From Clostridiales bacterium (lineage in GTDB: Bacteria > Bacillota > Clostridia > Oscillospirales > CAG-382), in the NCBI GenBank assembly GCA_003343885.1, contig QAKH01000059.1, forward strand, positions 8,416 through 72,415: a stretch of DNA of 64,000 nucleotides, in the 5' to 3' direction. The position numbers and the translations under genes were made by a program. Within the stretch, counting starts at the first letter, position 1. Every line of letters starts with the position of its first letter. The notes beneath the pieces were generated by a model. It saw nothing but the letters and a program-made list of their open reading frames with translations. It made no database searches and was not told the origin of the DNA. Shown piece after piece: positions 54,106 to 64,000 of this stretch.

Positions 54106-54211
54106 GCTTTTTACAAGCAACGGTTAACAAACGAGGATTGTCGGTTTAATTATAAGCCGAATAAACTTATTCGCACATAAAAAGTCGTCCTCAACTTACG
54201 CAGGCAATTGG

Positions 54212-56584
54212 CTATTCCATTTTCTCAAACAGATCAAATTCGGCTGCGTTAAGCGCTTCAATATATTTTTTGTAGTCGATATTAGGCATATCAGTGTAAT
54301 AATGATTGAGATAAGTCTTATTGTATCCGTCAGAGTCCAAAGCCCATTCTATAAGCAGAAATTCTTTTTTCAAATCAGATACGTCAAGCTTTCCGATTGG
54401 CGCAGAGGAGTTTGCATTAAGAGTAACCGAGCCTTGAAGCAGACATTTCCCGGACGGCATGTGCAATACTCTGTACGATACTTTGTGTGCATCTTGAAGA
54501 TCACTGACACCGTAAAGGCTGATATTTCCGTCAGCGTCCGGCTCGTCAAACATAAGACAGATGGGCGTCTGGGAACGTTTTATGTAACTGTACGCAAGTT
54601 TTTTGGTATAGTAGTAGTCGACAACTGCGTCAGATACCTGCGGCCAGCCGTCAAGTAAATTCCACCACAATATTCCTGTCCTGCGCCATTTACCTATTCT
54701 GAAGCGCTCAATAAAGTATTTTTTAGCCTCAGCCTGGGAAATTTGGCTTTGTTTCACAAAGTCTGTCAGGTCTTCGCTCGCATTGCCGAACAGCGTTACC
54801 ACCTGATTATATGCGAGTCTTATCCTGTATGCGTACGGAGCGGAGCCGGAAAGCTCCATGCTTGCGGCGTGAACGAGGTATTCGTCGGCAGGCACTCCGT
54901 CTGAACCGAATATTTTTTCCGGTTCACGCAAAAACTTCCGCAGAGTTTCTACAGATGGAAAACCGTGATAGCCTGTTTCACTTGCGAAATGGCTGACAGC
55001 GTTTTTGTAATAGTCGCCCTTGAAATAATCCCTCGGCCCCCACAGGTGGTCTTCCGAGGTTGGAAGTCCTGTACGATAAGCCGATTCTCCGATGTACGGA
55101 GAGCTTGGAAGATATGGCCTTGTGTAGTCGTGCGCAGACGTTACACGCTTTAAAACTTCCCTTGTCAGGAAATTCGTGTTGGGATCTCTGGGAAAACCGC
55201 CCCACGCAAAGGCGCAGTCGCATTCGTTGTCACCTGCCCAAAGTATAATGCAGGCGTGATTGCGAAGCCGCTTTACCGTGTGAACAGCTTCTTCCTCAAG
55301 CATCTTTGCAAAATCTTGTTCCTGCGGATAAACAGCGCATCCCATGGCAAAATCCTGCCATACGACAATGCCGTGCCTGTCGCAGTATCTGTAAAATTCA
55401 TCTGATTCATAAACGCCGCCGCCCCAGCATCTTACGGCGTTGCAGCCTATGTCCCATAAAAGCTCCAGCGCCCTGTCAAGCCTTTTTGCGTTTTGCGACG
55501 GAAAAGCGTCAAGCGGCACCCAGTTGGTCCCAAGCAAAAATACCTTTTTGCCGTTTATCTCAAAGCAGAATTCTCCGTCGTCTCCTGCACATTCCGTCAT
55601 AATGAGCTTCACGGTTCTTATTCCTACCTCAAGCTCATACACGTCGCACAGTGTGTCTTTTCCGCCCGGCTCTCCTTTCCGGTACAACTCAACCGTGGTT
55701 TTGTAAAGGTGCGGCTCACCGTAGTTTCTAGGATACCAGAATTTGCAGTTTTTGACCGTGAAGGATTTTTGAAAGCTGTTGTGCCATAGCTTGGTCTGAA
55801 AATCAAAGCGGCTGTCGGAACCGACACATTCACCGTGTACCTTTACGGTGTAGTCGGTTGAAAAATCTCCGTCAAGCTCTGCGTTTATGTAAAAACGCAT
55901 GTCGGCACTGTTATTCTCGGTGTCTACCGCGTTTGTGGCAAAGAAAACCTCTTTTATTTTGTCTTTTTGTTTTCTTAACAACTTTACTTCTTTCCATATT
56001 CCGGCAGACACGATTCTCGGCATTATGTCCCAGCCGAACATGTACGCCGCTTTTCTTAAATAAAGCGACGGATAGCTGTACTCAAGAGCGTTGCTTGAAA
56101 CCGGAAGAGTACGCTTCCTTGATTCAATGCATGAAGGCTTTATGTGTACTAAAACCTCGTTTATGCCTTCCTTAAAGCAGTCGGAAATCTCATACGGAAG
56201 AAACATATTGTCGGTTGACAGCCGCTTTTGTCCGTTTACATATATGTCGCTTACAGTATCAATTCCCTCAAAGCGTAGCACTGCTTCGTCAGGGTGTTCG
56301 CAGTTAAATTCGGTAAAATAGTAAACATGCAGATTTTCAAGTTCCTGGGCTTTCAGCGTGTTTACCGAATAGAACAGATCCGGAATTTTACCTTCACGCA
56401 TGAGGTCAAGCTCAAAATTTCCCGGGACTTGCGCGTGTATTATTTCAAAACCGGCGTTTTCTATATCTTTTTTGCATGAAATGTTCATTTCCCGGCAGAC
56501 ATTGTTTGGTGCGGTTGCAAGACTCCAGTTGAAACCATTTGTTTGCATATTTATATTCATTTCCTTATCCTTATCCATGTTCAC
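54212..56584 (-). CDS. Glycoside hydrolase family 2, beta-mannosidase-like
   Basis: The 790-aa protein has VVWQDFAMGC, WAGDNECD (acid/base region) and FASETGYHGFPS (nucleophile region). Confidence 0.8.
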   Translation of the reverse strand: MNMDKDKEMNINMQTNGFNWSLATAPNNVCREMNISCKKDIENAGFEIIHAQVPGNFELDLMREGKIPDLFYSVNTLKAQELENLHVYYFTEFNCEHPDEAVLRFEGIDTVSDIYVNGQKRLSTDNMFLPYEISDCFKEGINEVLVHIKPSCIESRKRTLPVSSNALEYSYPSLYLRKAAYMFGWDIMPRIVSAGIWKEVKLLRKQKDKIKEVFFATNAVDTENNSADMRFYINAELDGDFSTDYTVKVHGECVGSDSRFDFQTKLWHNSFQKSFTVKNCKFWYPRNYGEPHLYKTTVELYRKGEPGGKDTLCDVYELEVGIRTVKLIMTECAGDDGEFCFEINGKKVFLLGTNWVPLDAFPSQNAKRLDRALELLWDIGCNAVRCWGGGVYESDEFYRYCDRHGIVVWQDFAMGCAVYPQEQDFAKMLEEEAVHTVKRLRNHACIILWAGDNECDCAFAWGGFPRDPNTNFLTREVLKRVTSAHDYTRPYLPSSPYIGESAYRTGLPTSEDHLWGPRDYFKGDYYKNAVSHFASETGYHGFPSVETLRKFLREPEKIFGSDGVPADEYLVHAASMELSGSAPYAYRIRLAYNQVVTLFGNASEDLTDFVKQSQISQAEAKKYFIERFRIGKWRRTGILWWNLLDGWPQVSDAVVDYYYTKKLAYSYIKRSQTPICLMFDEPDADGNISLYGVSDLQDAHKVSYRVLHMPSGKCLLQGSVTLNANSSAPIGKLDVSDLKKEFLLIEWALDSDGYNKTYLNHYYTDMPNIDYKKYIEALNAAEFDLFEKME

Positions 56585-56716
56585 CTGTCCTTTCTTATAT
56601 TTTTTCGTTATTGTATACCGACAGTATACAGTACATTTTCCGGGAGGTAAATAGGATAATACGTGAATGTATTAAGAAAAACAACGCTAATGATTGTTAG
56701 TGTGTTTTATTGAGCA

Positions 56717-57532
56717 CTAATGAGCCTTGCGGTATTCCGAAGGAGTTACGCCGAGTTTTTGCTTAAACACGTATACAAAGTATTCGGCGGAATTATATCC
56801 CGATTCAAAGGCAATTTGCTTGACCGAAAGAGAGCTTGTGCAAAGCAGACCGCAGGCATATTTAAGCCTTGTCATATTGAGATAGTCTGCAAATGAAATG
56901 CCAAGGGATTTCTTGAAAATAACGCCGAGATGGTTTGCCGAAACGGCAAGCTTTTTTGCGGCGCTGAATAGAGTTAAATCGTTTCTGAAATCCCGCCGGA
57001 TAAGCGCAACAGCCGATTGAACATGCTTAGGACGATATTTGGACGGGGAAAACGAAGCGGATTTTCTTATAAGCTCAGTCACAACAGCCGAGATCATGCT
57101 TTTGCTCATAATTCCTGCAAAAGGCTTCTCACTGTTTTGTTCCTGATACAGAATGTCCGTGAAACGAATTATTTGTTTGAATTCTTCCTCAGCGAATTGT
57201 ACGCAGAACCGTGAAGCGCCCGGCTGAATATAGTCAACCAGCTCTTTTTCAGCCGCCTCCTCGCAAAAGCGCAGGTTTATAAGTCGCATGTCTGTGTCGG
57301 CACGTATGGAGTGAAAGTCGCAGTAAGACAAGAGATATGCGCTTCCGGCAGATACGGTGTACTTGCGGTCGTTTAACGTATGAATACCGGTGCCGTCAAG
57401 TATTATTTCAAATTCAAAATAATCATGCCAGTGCACAGGATATTCGCAGCCTTTTTGTATTTTGGATTCACGGATAATATACCCGTTTTTTCCGAATTCA
57501 TCGTCTAAACTCATAAACATGGACTCGCTCAT
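56717..57532 (-). CDS. AraC-family transcriptional regulator (cupin + HTH)
   Basis: It has an N-terminal cupin-like domain (HWHDYFEFEII) and a C-terminal double HTH (GYNSAEYFVYVFKQKLGVTPSEYR). Confidence 0.9.
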   Translation of the reverse strand: MSESMFMSLDDEFGKNGYIIRESKIQKGCEYPVHWHDYFEFEIILDGTGIHTLNDRKYTVSAGSAYLLSYCDFHSIRADTDMRLINLRFCEEAAEKELVDYIQPGASRFCVQFAEEEFKQIIRFTDILYQEQNSEKPFAGIMSKSMISAVVTELIRKSASFSPSKYRPKHVQSAVALIRRDFRNDLTLFSAAKKLAVSANHLGVIFKKSLGISFADYLNMTRLKYACGLLCTSSLSVKQIAFESGYNSAEYFVYVFKQKLGVTPSEYRKAH

Positions 57533-57724
57533 TTTCTGTCTCCCGAATCAGTGATTTTCTTAATTTTAACACCAAAATGATACTGTGTCAATTGTGCAAA
57601 GCTTACTGTTTACCATATGTTAGCCGTAAAAAGATTTTCTTCTTGAAATGTTTCAAAAATATTTACTTTTGTCTGTGTATGTGTTAGAATACAAGAAAAG
57701 TACATTTTTAATGAGGTGTCAGAT

Positions 57725-58387
57725 ATGATTTTTGAAAACGGAGACAGAATTGTGTTTTCAGGCGACTCGGTTACAGATATGGGAAGTACAAACCCGGTAG
57801 GAGAGGGACACCGTGAGGACCCGCTTGGCAGAGGTTATGTGCGTGTTATAGAAAACCTGCTCATGTCGTGCTATCCGGAAAGACTTATACGTGTGACGAA
57901 TTCCGGCATCAGCGGCAACACAAGCAGGGATTTGCTTGCGCGTTTCGACAGGGACGTTATTTCTCTTAACCCGGACTGGATATCTGTCTGTATCGGCATA
58001 AACGACGTGTGGCGTCAGTTCGACATGCCAGAAATGCCGGAATACCATGTATATCCGGACGATTACAGAAAAAACATGACCGAAATGATAGAGAAAGCCA
58101 AGAAATGTGCAAAAGGCGTTTTTGTGTGCACTCCATACATAATGGAGCCTGAAAAGGGCGACAAAATGAGAAAGAGAATGGACGAATATACGCAGATATG
58201 CAAAGAACTTGCGGAAAAATACGACTGTGTGCTGGTAGATTTCCAGAACATGTACGATAAGTTCTTTGCTTACAGACATTCGGCTGTAATTGCGTGGGAC
58301 CGCATACACCCGAACCAGGTAGGAGCTACCCTTATGGCAAAAGAGTTTTTGTCAAAATGCGAATTTGATTATAATCGGGAAATATAA
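57725..58387 (+). CDS. SGNH/GDSL-family hydrolase
   Basis: It has block I FSGDSVTD, block III GINDV and block V DRIHPN. ATG 57725 follows GAGGTG. Confidence 0.85.
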   Translation: MIFENGDRIVFSGDSVTDMGSTNPVGEGHREDPLGRGYVRVIENLLMSCYPERLIRVTNSGISGNTSRDLLARFDRDVISLNPDWISVCIGINDVWRQFDMPEMPEYHVYPDDYRKNMTEMIEKAKKCAKGVFVCTPYIMEPEKGDKMRKRMDEYTQICKELAEKYDCVLVDFQNMYDKFFAYRHSAVIAWDRIHPNQVGATLMAKEFLSKCEFDYNREI

Positions 58388-58475
58388 TGTCGGTTTAATG
58401 TTAGTATAAACAGTCGGCTGGTTATATTTAAACTGTATATTTTTCACTCTAAAATACACGACGGAGGTTTATACC

Positions 58476-59408
58476 ATGCAAAACAGTAAAAATTTTTCAA
58501 AAGGCGCCGGAATCGGAATTGCTATAGGAATATTCGCAGTTGTCATAGTACTTATGATTTTTGTGTGCTTTCCTCTTCAGTACCGCCTCGGCATGACAGG
58601 GCTTTTCCTTACGGAGCTCATATTTCTTGCCGTGTCGCTTCTTTCGTGCCTTATTTTCCGCCAAAAGTTCTCGGAAGTGTTTAAGATAAGCCGTCCTAAG
58701 CTCAGACACGTTTTCGGAACGCTTATACTGTGGGCTGGAATGATTTTGATAACGTCATGCATTGCTGTGATTACTATGTACCTGTTTCCGGACTTTCAGC
58801 AAACGGCGGAAGGCTTGACAGAATTTATTTCGCAGACTCCTGCGATACTTACAGTGATAATTGTCGCTGTTATGCCGGCAATATGTGAAGAAGCGCTTCA
58901 CAGAGGCGTTATACTGCATTTTTTCGGCAAAATCAAGAGCACATGGTTAATAGTAATTATAATGGGCATAATTTTCGGTATATTTCACCTTGATCCGTAC
59001 CGCTTTCTCATAACGGCGCTGCTCGGCGGAGCGATTACATACATTGCAGTGAAAACGCATAATATACTCTTGTGTGCATTATTCCACTTTGTAAATAATC
59101 TTCCGGCGGCAATTACTTCCGCCTTTGCGCAAAGTATCACTTCTAATGAGTTAACGGACTTAAATATGGTGTTTATAAATCCTATGATTATAGTCGGAGG
59201 AGCAATGCTGTTAACGTCAGTCGCTCCGCTTCTGCTGTTGGCAGGATCTGTTTTATTGAGTGAAAAGGATGACATAAAAAAAGGACTGAACGTGAAAATT
59301 GCTGTTTTTGTTTCTTTGTCGGCTTTAATGATAATAGTTGGAATATGGCTTATTGTAATTGGATTTCTTATAAGCTCAAGAGTTTTTCTGCCTAGGTTAA
59401 TATATTAA
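58476..59408 (+). CDS. CPBP-family intramembrane glutamic endopeptidase (CAAX protease-like)
   Basis: The polytopic protein has the motifs CEEALHRG, FGIFH and FHFVNN. Confidence 0.85.
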   Translation: MQNSKNFSKGAGIGIAIGIFAVVIVLMIFVCFPLQYRLGMTGLFLTELIFLAVSLLSCLIFRQKFSEVFKISRPKLRHVFGTLILWAGMILITSCIAVITMYLFPDFQQTAEGLTEFISQTPAILTVIIVAVMPAICEEALHRGVILHFFGKIKSTWLIVIIMGIIFGIFHLDPYRFLITALLGGAITYIAVKTHNILLCALFHFVNNLPAAITSAFAQSITSNELTDLNMVFINPMIIVGGAMLLTSVAPLLLLAGSVLLSEKDDIKKGLNVKIAVFVSLSALMIIVGIWLIVIGFLISSRVFLPRLIY

Positions 59409-59423
59409 AAAGACATTTTAACT

Positions 59424-59452
59424 GTTGACAAAATAAAAAAATAGTGATAAAA
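59424..59452 (+). promoter_or_regulatory. Sigma-A-type promoter of the pyr operon
   Basis: TTGACA (59424-59429), a 17-nt spacer, then TAAAAT (59447-59452). Confidence 0.65.
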
Positions 59453-59460
59453 TGAATCGA

Positions 59461-59496
59461 ATCTTTAAGAGCGATACAGAGATGTCGACAAGGTTC
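59461..59496 (+). promoter_or_regulatory. PyrR-binding-loop-like element in the pyr leader
   Basis: UCUUUAAGAGCGAUACAGAGAUGUCGACAAGG resembles the Bacillus PyrR loop pattern (UUUAA..stem..CAGAGA..stem..AAGG). Confidence 0.45.
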
Positions 59497-59562
59497 GGAT
59501 AAGTAAATACGGTTCGCAAACATTTATCTACATGGGCGGACTCTATCTGACTGATTACCGTA

Positions 59563-59590
59563 AATCTTGCCGTCCGGCAAGATTTTTTTT
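59563..59590 (+). terminator. Leader (attenuator) terminator upstream of pyrC
   Basis: The stem (at)cttgcc-gtcc-ggcaag(at) is followed by eight T residues and lies between the promoter and the first pyr gene. Confidence 0.8.
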
Positions 59591-59598
59591 GTATATTT

Positions 59599-60885
59599 TT
59601 GTATCCGGCATACTGCCGGATGACATTGTACATTCTCACTTGTGCAAACAAACGTAAAGGAGTGTTTGACATAGCTGTAAAAACACAATTTGCAAAAGCG
59701 GAGTTTATCTGCCCTGACTCAAGCGAAACTCGCCTTAGAAGCTGTACCGAATATCTGGAAAAAAGCGGTATTTCCGTAAAAGAAGGTCATATCTATGCCG
59801 TAATGCCGGGACTGTGCGACGTACACGTGCATTTGAGGGAGCCGGGATTTTCATATAAGGAAACAATGCGCACAGGTACTCTTGCGGCACTTCACGGCGG
59901 ATATACCGACGTATGCTCAATGCCGAACTTAAATCCTGTACCTGACTGCGCGGAAAACTTGAAAATTCAGCTTGATATTATTAAAAAGGACGCATGCGTC
60001 AGAGTACACCCATACGCTGCAATCACAGTCGGAGAAAAAGGCGAATCGCTTTCGGATATGGAAGAGCTTTGTGCTGACGCCGCCGCATTTTCAGACGACG
60101 GACGTGGCGTTCAGTCGGCGATTATGATGGAAAGCGCAATGATAAAAGCTGCAAAGCTCGGAAAAATAATTGCCGCACACTGCGAGGACAATTCGCTTCT
60201 TGAGGGCGGTTATATCCATAAGGGAAGCTATGCGGAGAAACACTCTCATAAAGGTATCAGCTCCGAGAGCGAGTGGAAACAAATAGAAAGAGATATAGAA
60301 ATAGCACGTAAAACCGGCTGTAAATACCATGTTTGCCATATATCGACTGCCGAGAGCGTAAACCTTATAAGAAAGGCAAAGGCCGAAGGCGTAGATATAA
60401 CATGCGAAACAGCGCCGCATTATCTCGTGCTTACAGAGGACAACCTTGAAGAGGACGGACGCTTTAAAATGAATCCTCCTCTAAGGGAAGAAAAAGACAG
60501 ACAAGCCTTGATAGAGGGAATTATCGACGGCACTATCGATATGATAGCCACCGATCACGCTCCGCACTCGGCAAAAGAAAAATCACTCGGACTTGAAAAA
60601 AGCCTTATGGGTGTTGTCGGACTTGAAACGGCATTTCCGATATTGTATACGTACCTTGTAAAACCGGGAATTATTTCACTTGAAAAGCTTGCTTACCTCA
60701 TGAGCGATTCTCCGAGAAAACGCTTCGGTTTTGCGAAATATGAAAATGAGTTTTCGCTGTGGGATCTTGACGAGTGTTTCAAAATTGATCCGGCAGAATT
60801 TGTTTCTATGGGAAAAGCAACGCCGTTTGAAGGTGTAAGCGTCTACGGCAAGTGGATTTATACTTTGGTTGCCGAAAAGAATTGA
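59599..60885 (+). CDS. pyrC: Dihydroorotase
   Basis: The protein has DVHVHLREPG, DHAPH and an HCED context. The start is uncertain (TTG 59599, ATG 59620 or later). Confidence 0.92.
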   Translation: MYPAYCRMTLYILTCANKRKGVFDIAVKTQFAKAEFICPDSSETRLRSCTEYLEKSGISVKEGHIYAVMPGLCDVHVHLREPGFSYKETMRTGTLAALHGGYTDVCSMPNLNPVPDCAENLKIQLDIIKKDACVRVHPYAAITVGEKGESLSDMEELCADAAAFSDDGRGVQSAIMMESAMIKAAKLGKIIAAHCEDNSLLEGGYIHKGSYAEKHSHKGISSESEWKQIERDIEIARKTGCKYHVCHISTAESVNLIRKAKAEGVDITCETAPHYLVLTEDNLEEDGRFKMNPPLREEKDRQALIEGIIDGTIDMIATDHAPHSAKEKSLGLEKSLMGVVGLETAFPILYTYLVKPGIISLEKLAYLMSDSPRKRFGFAKYENEFSLWDLDECFKIDPAEFVSMGKATPFEGVSVYGKWIYTLVAEKN

Positions 60886-60906
60886 AAAAAGGAGACGGTA
60901 AGCATC

Positions 60907-61650
60907 GTGAAACAGGGATTTTATGAGATAACCGAAAACATAAAGCTTGCTCATAATACATTTGAGATGAGACTTTGCGGAGATACGTCGGCTTTTACAA
61001 ATCCGGGACAGTTTTTGAATATCAAACTCGACGGATTTTTTCTGCGCCGCCCTATTTCTGTGTGCAGCTATTCCGAAAACGAGATAGTAATAATATATAA
61101 AACCGTCGGAGAGGGTACGGAAAGAATGTCAAAAATGCTTTCCGGAGAAAAGCTCGATATACTGACAGGGCTCGGCAACGGTTTTGATACTTCAAAAAGC
61201 ACCGATTCTCCGCTTGTTATCGGAGGCGGAGCGGGTGTCGCACCGCTTTACGGACTGTGTGAATGCTTGGTAAGAGAGGGAAAGAAGCCGAAAGTAATAC
61301 TCGGATTTAACTCAAAGGACGAGGTGTACTATGAGGATAAATTCGCCGCTCTTACACCCGATACATACGTCACAACTGTTGACGGAACACATGGAACAAA
61401 AGGCTTTGTCACAGACGTGATGAAAAATCTTGATTACGGATATTTTTATACTTGCGGTCCTATGCCGATGTTCAAAGCCGTTGAGAAGATAGCAAAAACA
61501 AGCGGACAGTTTTCGTTTGAGGAAAGAATGGGATGCGGATTTGGTGCCTGTATGGGCTGTTCCTGCAAAACTCTTACGGGCGGATATAAAAGAATCTGTA
61601 AAGAAGGACCGGTAATGGAAAGAGAGGAGATACTATGGACACAAGCGTAA
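60907..61650 (+). CDS. pyrK: Dihydroorotate dehydrogenase B electron-transfer subunit
   Basis: It has an FAD/NAD-binding fold (RRPISV) and the C-terminal 2Fe-2S motif [11 protein letters not shown]. Confidence 0.92.
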   Translation: MKQGFYEITENIKLAHNTFEMRLCGDTSAFTNPGQFLNIKLDGFFLRRPISVCSYSENEIVIIYKTVGEGTERMSKMLSGEKLDILTGLGNGFDTSKSTDSPLVIGGGAGVAPLYGLCECLVREGKKPKVILGFNSKDEVYYEDKFAALTPDTYVTTVDGTHGTKGFVTDVMKNLDYGYFYTCGPMPMFKAVEKIAKTSGQFSFEERMGCGFGACMGCSCKTLTGGYKRICKEGPVMEREEILWTQA

Positions 61651-62543
61651 ATCTTTCCGGAATAAAGATAGATAACCCGGTAATTCCAGCAAGCGGAACT
61701 TTCGGATACGGCACGGAATTTGCCGGTCTTTACGATATAAATATACTCGGCAGCTTTTCGTTTAAGGGAACGACGCGCGAAGAGCGGTTCGGTAATCCTA
61801 CTCCGAGAATAGCCGAGTGTACGGCAGGTATGATAAATTCCGTCGGATTGCAAAATCCCGGCGTTGAAAGGGTAATATCACATGAACTGCCGGGACTTGC
61901 CAAGGTTTTCAAAAAGCCTGTAGTTGCAAATGTCAGCGGTTTTTCCTTGGAAGAGTACAGCTATTGCTGCGAATTGCTGTCGGAACAGCCGCAGGTCGGC
62001 TGGCTTGAAGTAAATATAAGCTGCCCTAATGTACACGGCGGCGGCATGAGCTTCGGAACCGACGCGAAAAGTGCGGCAAGCGTGACAAAAGCTGTAAAAA
62101 AAGTTTCAAAAAAACCTGTCTACATAAAGCTTTCACCGAATGTCACGGATATCACTGAGATAGCAAAAGCATGCGAAGCGGAGGGAGCGGACGGGCTGTC
62201 GCTGATAAATACGCTTATGGGCATGAGAATTGATCTCAAAACAGGAAAACCGGTCGTCGCAAATAAAATGGGCGGCTTTTCGGGACCTGCCATAAAGCCT
62301 GTCGCAGTTCGCATGGTGTATCAGGTGTACGAAGCCGTAAAAATACCGATAATGGGAATGGGCGGCGTTGCGAGCGCCGAAGATGTGTTGGAGTTTATGC
62401 TTGCGGGAGCTACGGCTGTACAGGTAGGAGCGGCAAATCTTGTCGATCCGTACGCATGTTTGAAAATAGTAAATAATCTCCCGAGAGTTATGGAAAAATA
62501 CGGAATCACAAAAATTTCAGATATTATAGGAGGAGCTCACTAA
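61635..62543 (+). CDS. pyrD: Dihydroorotate dehydrogenase B catalytic subunit
   Basis: The protein has [20 protein letters not shown] and GMGGV motifs. Confidence 0.95.
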   Translation: MDTSVNLSGIKIDNPVIPASGTFGYGTEFAGLYDINILGSFSFKGTTREERFGNPTPRIAECTAGMINSVGLQNPGVERVISHELPGLAKVFKKPVVANVSGFSLEEYSYCCELLSEQPQVGWLEVNISCPNVHGGGMSFGTDAKSAASVTKAVKKVSKKPVYIKLSPNVTDITEIAKACEAEGADGLSLINTLMGMRIDLKTGKPVVANKMGGFSGPAIKPVAVRMVYQVYEAVKIPIMGMGGVASAEDVLEFMLAGATAVQVGAANLVDPYACLKIVNNLPRVMEKYGITKISDIIGGAH

Positions 62544-63241
62544 TGGGAAAGGACGTAATAATCGCTTGTGATTTTTCGAGCGCTGACGAGGTGTTTGCTT
62601 TTCTTGACAAATTCGGGGAAAGAAAACCGTTTGTAAAAATAGGAATGGAGCTTTTCTATTCTCAAGGTCCGGATATTGTAAAAAAGATAAAAGAAAGAGG
62701 CCATAAGATATTTCTTGACCTGAAGCTCCACGATATACCGAATACCGTAAAAAAATCCATGGCGGTGCTTTCGGGACTTGACGTAGATATGACAAACCTT
62801 CATGCTTCCGGCACAATTGCGATGATGAAGGCGGCTCTCGAGGGACTTACCCGTCCGGACGGTTCAAGACCGCTTCTCATAGCAGTAACACAGCTCACCT
62901 CGACCGACGCCGAGCGCATGAAAAATGAGCTTTTGATAAACGAGGATATTGATAAGGTCGTTATGCACTACGCTCATAACGCAAAGCTTGCAGGCCTTGA
63001 CGGCGTTGTTTGCTCGCCGCTTGAAGCAGGTAAGGTGCACGAAGTTTGCGGTAAAGAGTTTTTAACGGTAACACCGGGCGTTCGGTTTGCCGACGGCGAT
63101 ATGGGGGATCAGAAGCGTGTAATGACGCCGGAGCAGGCAAAAATCATAGGAAGTGACTACATAGTCGTAGGCCGTCCGATAACTGCGGCAGAAGATCCCG
63201 TTGCGGCGTACTTGAAGTGCGTGGAGCAGTTTTGTGACTGA
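62543..63241 (+). CDS. pyrF: Orotidine 5'-phosphate decarboxylase
   Basis: The protein has IIACDF, FLDLKLHDIPNTV and IVVGRPI. Confidence 0.95.
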   Translation: MGKDVIIACDFSSADEVFAFLDKFGERKPFVKIGMELFYSQGPDIVKKIKERGHKIFLDLKLHDIPNTVKKSMAVLSGLDVDMTNLHASGTIAMMKAALEGLTRPDGSRPLLIAVTQLTSTDAERMKNELLINEDIDKVVMHYAHNAKLAGLDGVVCSPLEAGKVHEVCGKEFLTVTPGVRFADGDMGDQKRVMTPEQAKIIGSDYIVVGRPITAAEDPVAAYLKCVEQFCD

Positions 63242-63390
63242 TTTTTGTGTCGTGTTTTAAAGAATAAGCCTCGCGGTAAAATATATATCATCAATCCTGT
63301 AAAGCGAAAAGCATAAGAAAACAAGCAATGCGGCAAGTAAACAGTTCAAGCAGACACATTGCGGAAAAATAATGAAAGGAAGCAGAAAAG

Positions 63391-64000
63391 ATGCAGACAA
63401 ATAAACTTATAGCTAAGGATCTTCTCAAAATAAAGGCGGTTTTTTTACGTCCGGAAGAACCTTTCACCTGGGCAAGCGGAATAAAAAGCCCGATTTACTG
63501 CGATAACCGCCTTACTTTAAGCGACGTAGCCGTACGTACTGACGTTGAAAACGGACTTGCAGAACTTATAAAAGAGCACTATCCGGAAGCAGAGGTACTT
63601 ATGGGCACATCTACGGCAGGCATAGCGCACGCCGCAATTACGGCGCAGATTCTGTCACTTCCCATGGGATACGTACGCAGCGGCGCAAAGGATCACGGCA
63701 GACAGAACCAAATAGAAGGACGCCTTGAAAAAGGGCAGAAAACTGTCGTAGTCGAGGACCTTATTTCAACAGGCGGCAGCGTGCTGGAAGTCGTAGACGT
63801 ACTGAGAAACGCCGGAGCGGACGTGCTCGGAATAGTTTCCATATTTACATACGGCATGAAAAAAGGGCTCGAACGCCTTGAAGGCGCAAAGGTTAAAAAC
63901 GTAAGCCTTACTGACTTCGATTGCGCTATAGAAGTTGCGGCACAGGACGGATATATAAAACCTGAAGATGTCGCAAGACTTAAAGCTTTCCGTGACAATC
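63391..64000 (+). CDS. pyrE: Orotate phosphoribosyltransferase (3' end off-window)
   Basis: The frame is open from ATG 63391 to the window edge and is therefore absent from the ORF track. The protein has [16 protein letters not shown] and the PRPP loop [12 protein letters not shown]. Confidence 0.9.
   Translation, partial: MQTNKLIAKDLLKIKAVFLRPEEPFTWASGIKSPIYCDNRLTLSDVAVRTDVENGLAELIKEHYPEAEVLMGTSTAGIAHAAITAQILSLPMGYVRSGAKDHGRQNQIEGRLEKGQKTVVVEDLISTGGSVLEVVDVLRNAGADVLGIVSIFTYGMKKGLERLEGAKVKNVSLTDFDCAIEVAAQDGYIKPEDVARLKAFRDN

Noticed and set aside
63693-63998. A 101-aa minus-strand ORF at the window end.
   Set aside because: It is antisense to the clearly recognisable pyrE frame. pyrE runs off the window and so is missing from the ORF track.
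1-64000. I scanned for CRISPR arrays, rRNA or tRNA genes, transposases, integrases, phage genes and toxin-antitoxin pairs.
   Set aside because: I recognised none. The only tandem repeat is the 2x18-bp coding repeat in lspA. All intergenic regions over 100 nt lack tRNA-like T-arm sequences.

Overview
This is a 64-kb chromosomal segment from a spore-forming Firmicute. Gene order and protein motifs look Clostridia-like, and any finer taxon would be a guess. The window is almost fully coding (about 60 genes) and mostly housekeeping. Contents in order: partial uvrA; a ferredoxin plus membrane Fe-S protein pair; a split chromate-transporter (ChrA) pair with a divergent LysR regulator; a giant 2581-aa cyclic beta-1,2-glucan synthase-like protein; a Crp/Fnr regulator; and a six-gene thiol/persulfide redox operon (CcdA, TlpA-like, FTR-catalytic-like mini protein, TrxA, rhodanese, CoADR-rhodanese). 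Next comes a 0.5-kb structured noncoding gap, then a compact dcw cluster (mraZ-rsmH-ftsL-spoVD/ftsI-mraY-ftsW-murG-ftsQ-ftsZ) with no murE/F/D/C or ftsA. It is followed by miaA, a HlyD-like protein, and the ylm block (yggS-sepF-yggT-ylmH-divIVA) with ileS-lspA-rluD. After that: split transketolase; ackA; an uncharacterised 3-gene cassette (acyltransferase-like, HPr-kinase-like P-loop, soluble S26-type peptidase); and, on the minus strand, dac-ribF-recO-(ybeY::era fusion)-phoH. The window ends with dpaAB; a second split ChrA pair; an AraC-GH2 pair with SGNH and CPBP genes; and a pyr operon (leader, pyrC-K-D-F-E, with pyrE running off the window). I saw no rRNA, tRNA, CRISPR array, transposase or integrase. 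The points most worth follow-up are the ferredoxin-linked thiol redox island and its possible link to the SpoVD-like PBP, the in-frame YbeY-Era fusion, the Cgs-like giant gene, the 3-gene cassette at 43-45 kb, and the structured gap upstream of mraZ. All functional calls rest on motif recognition by eye. No database search or folding computation was run.
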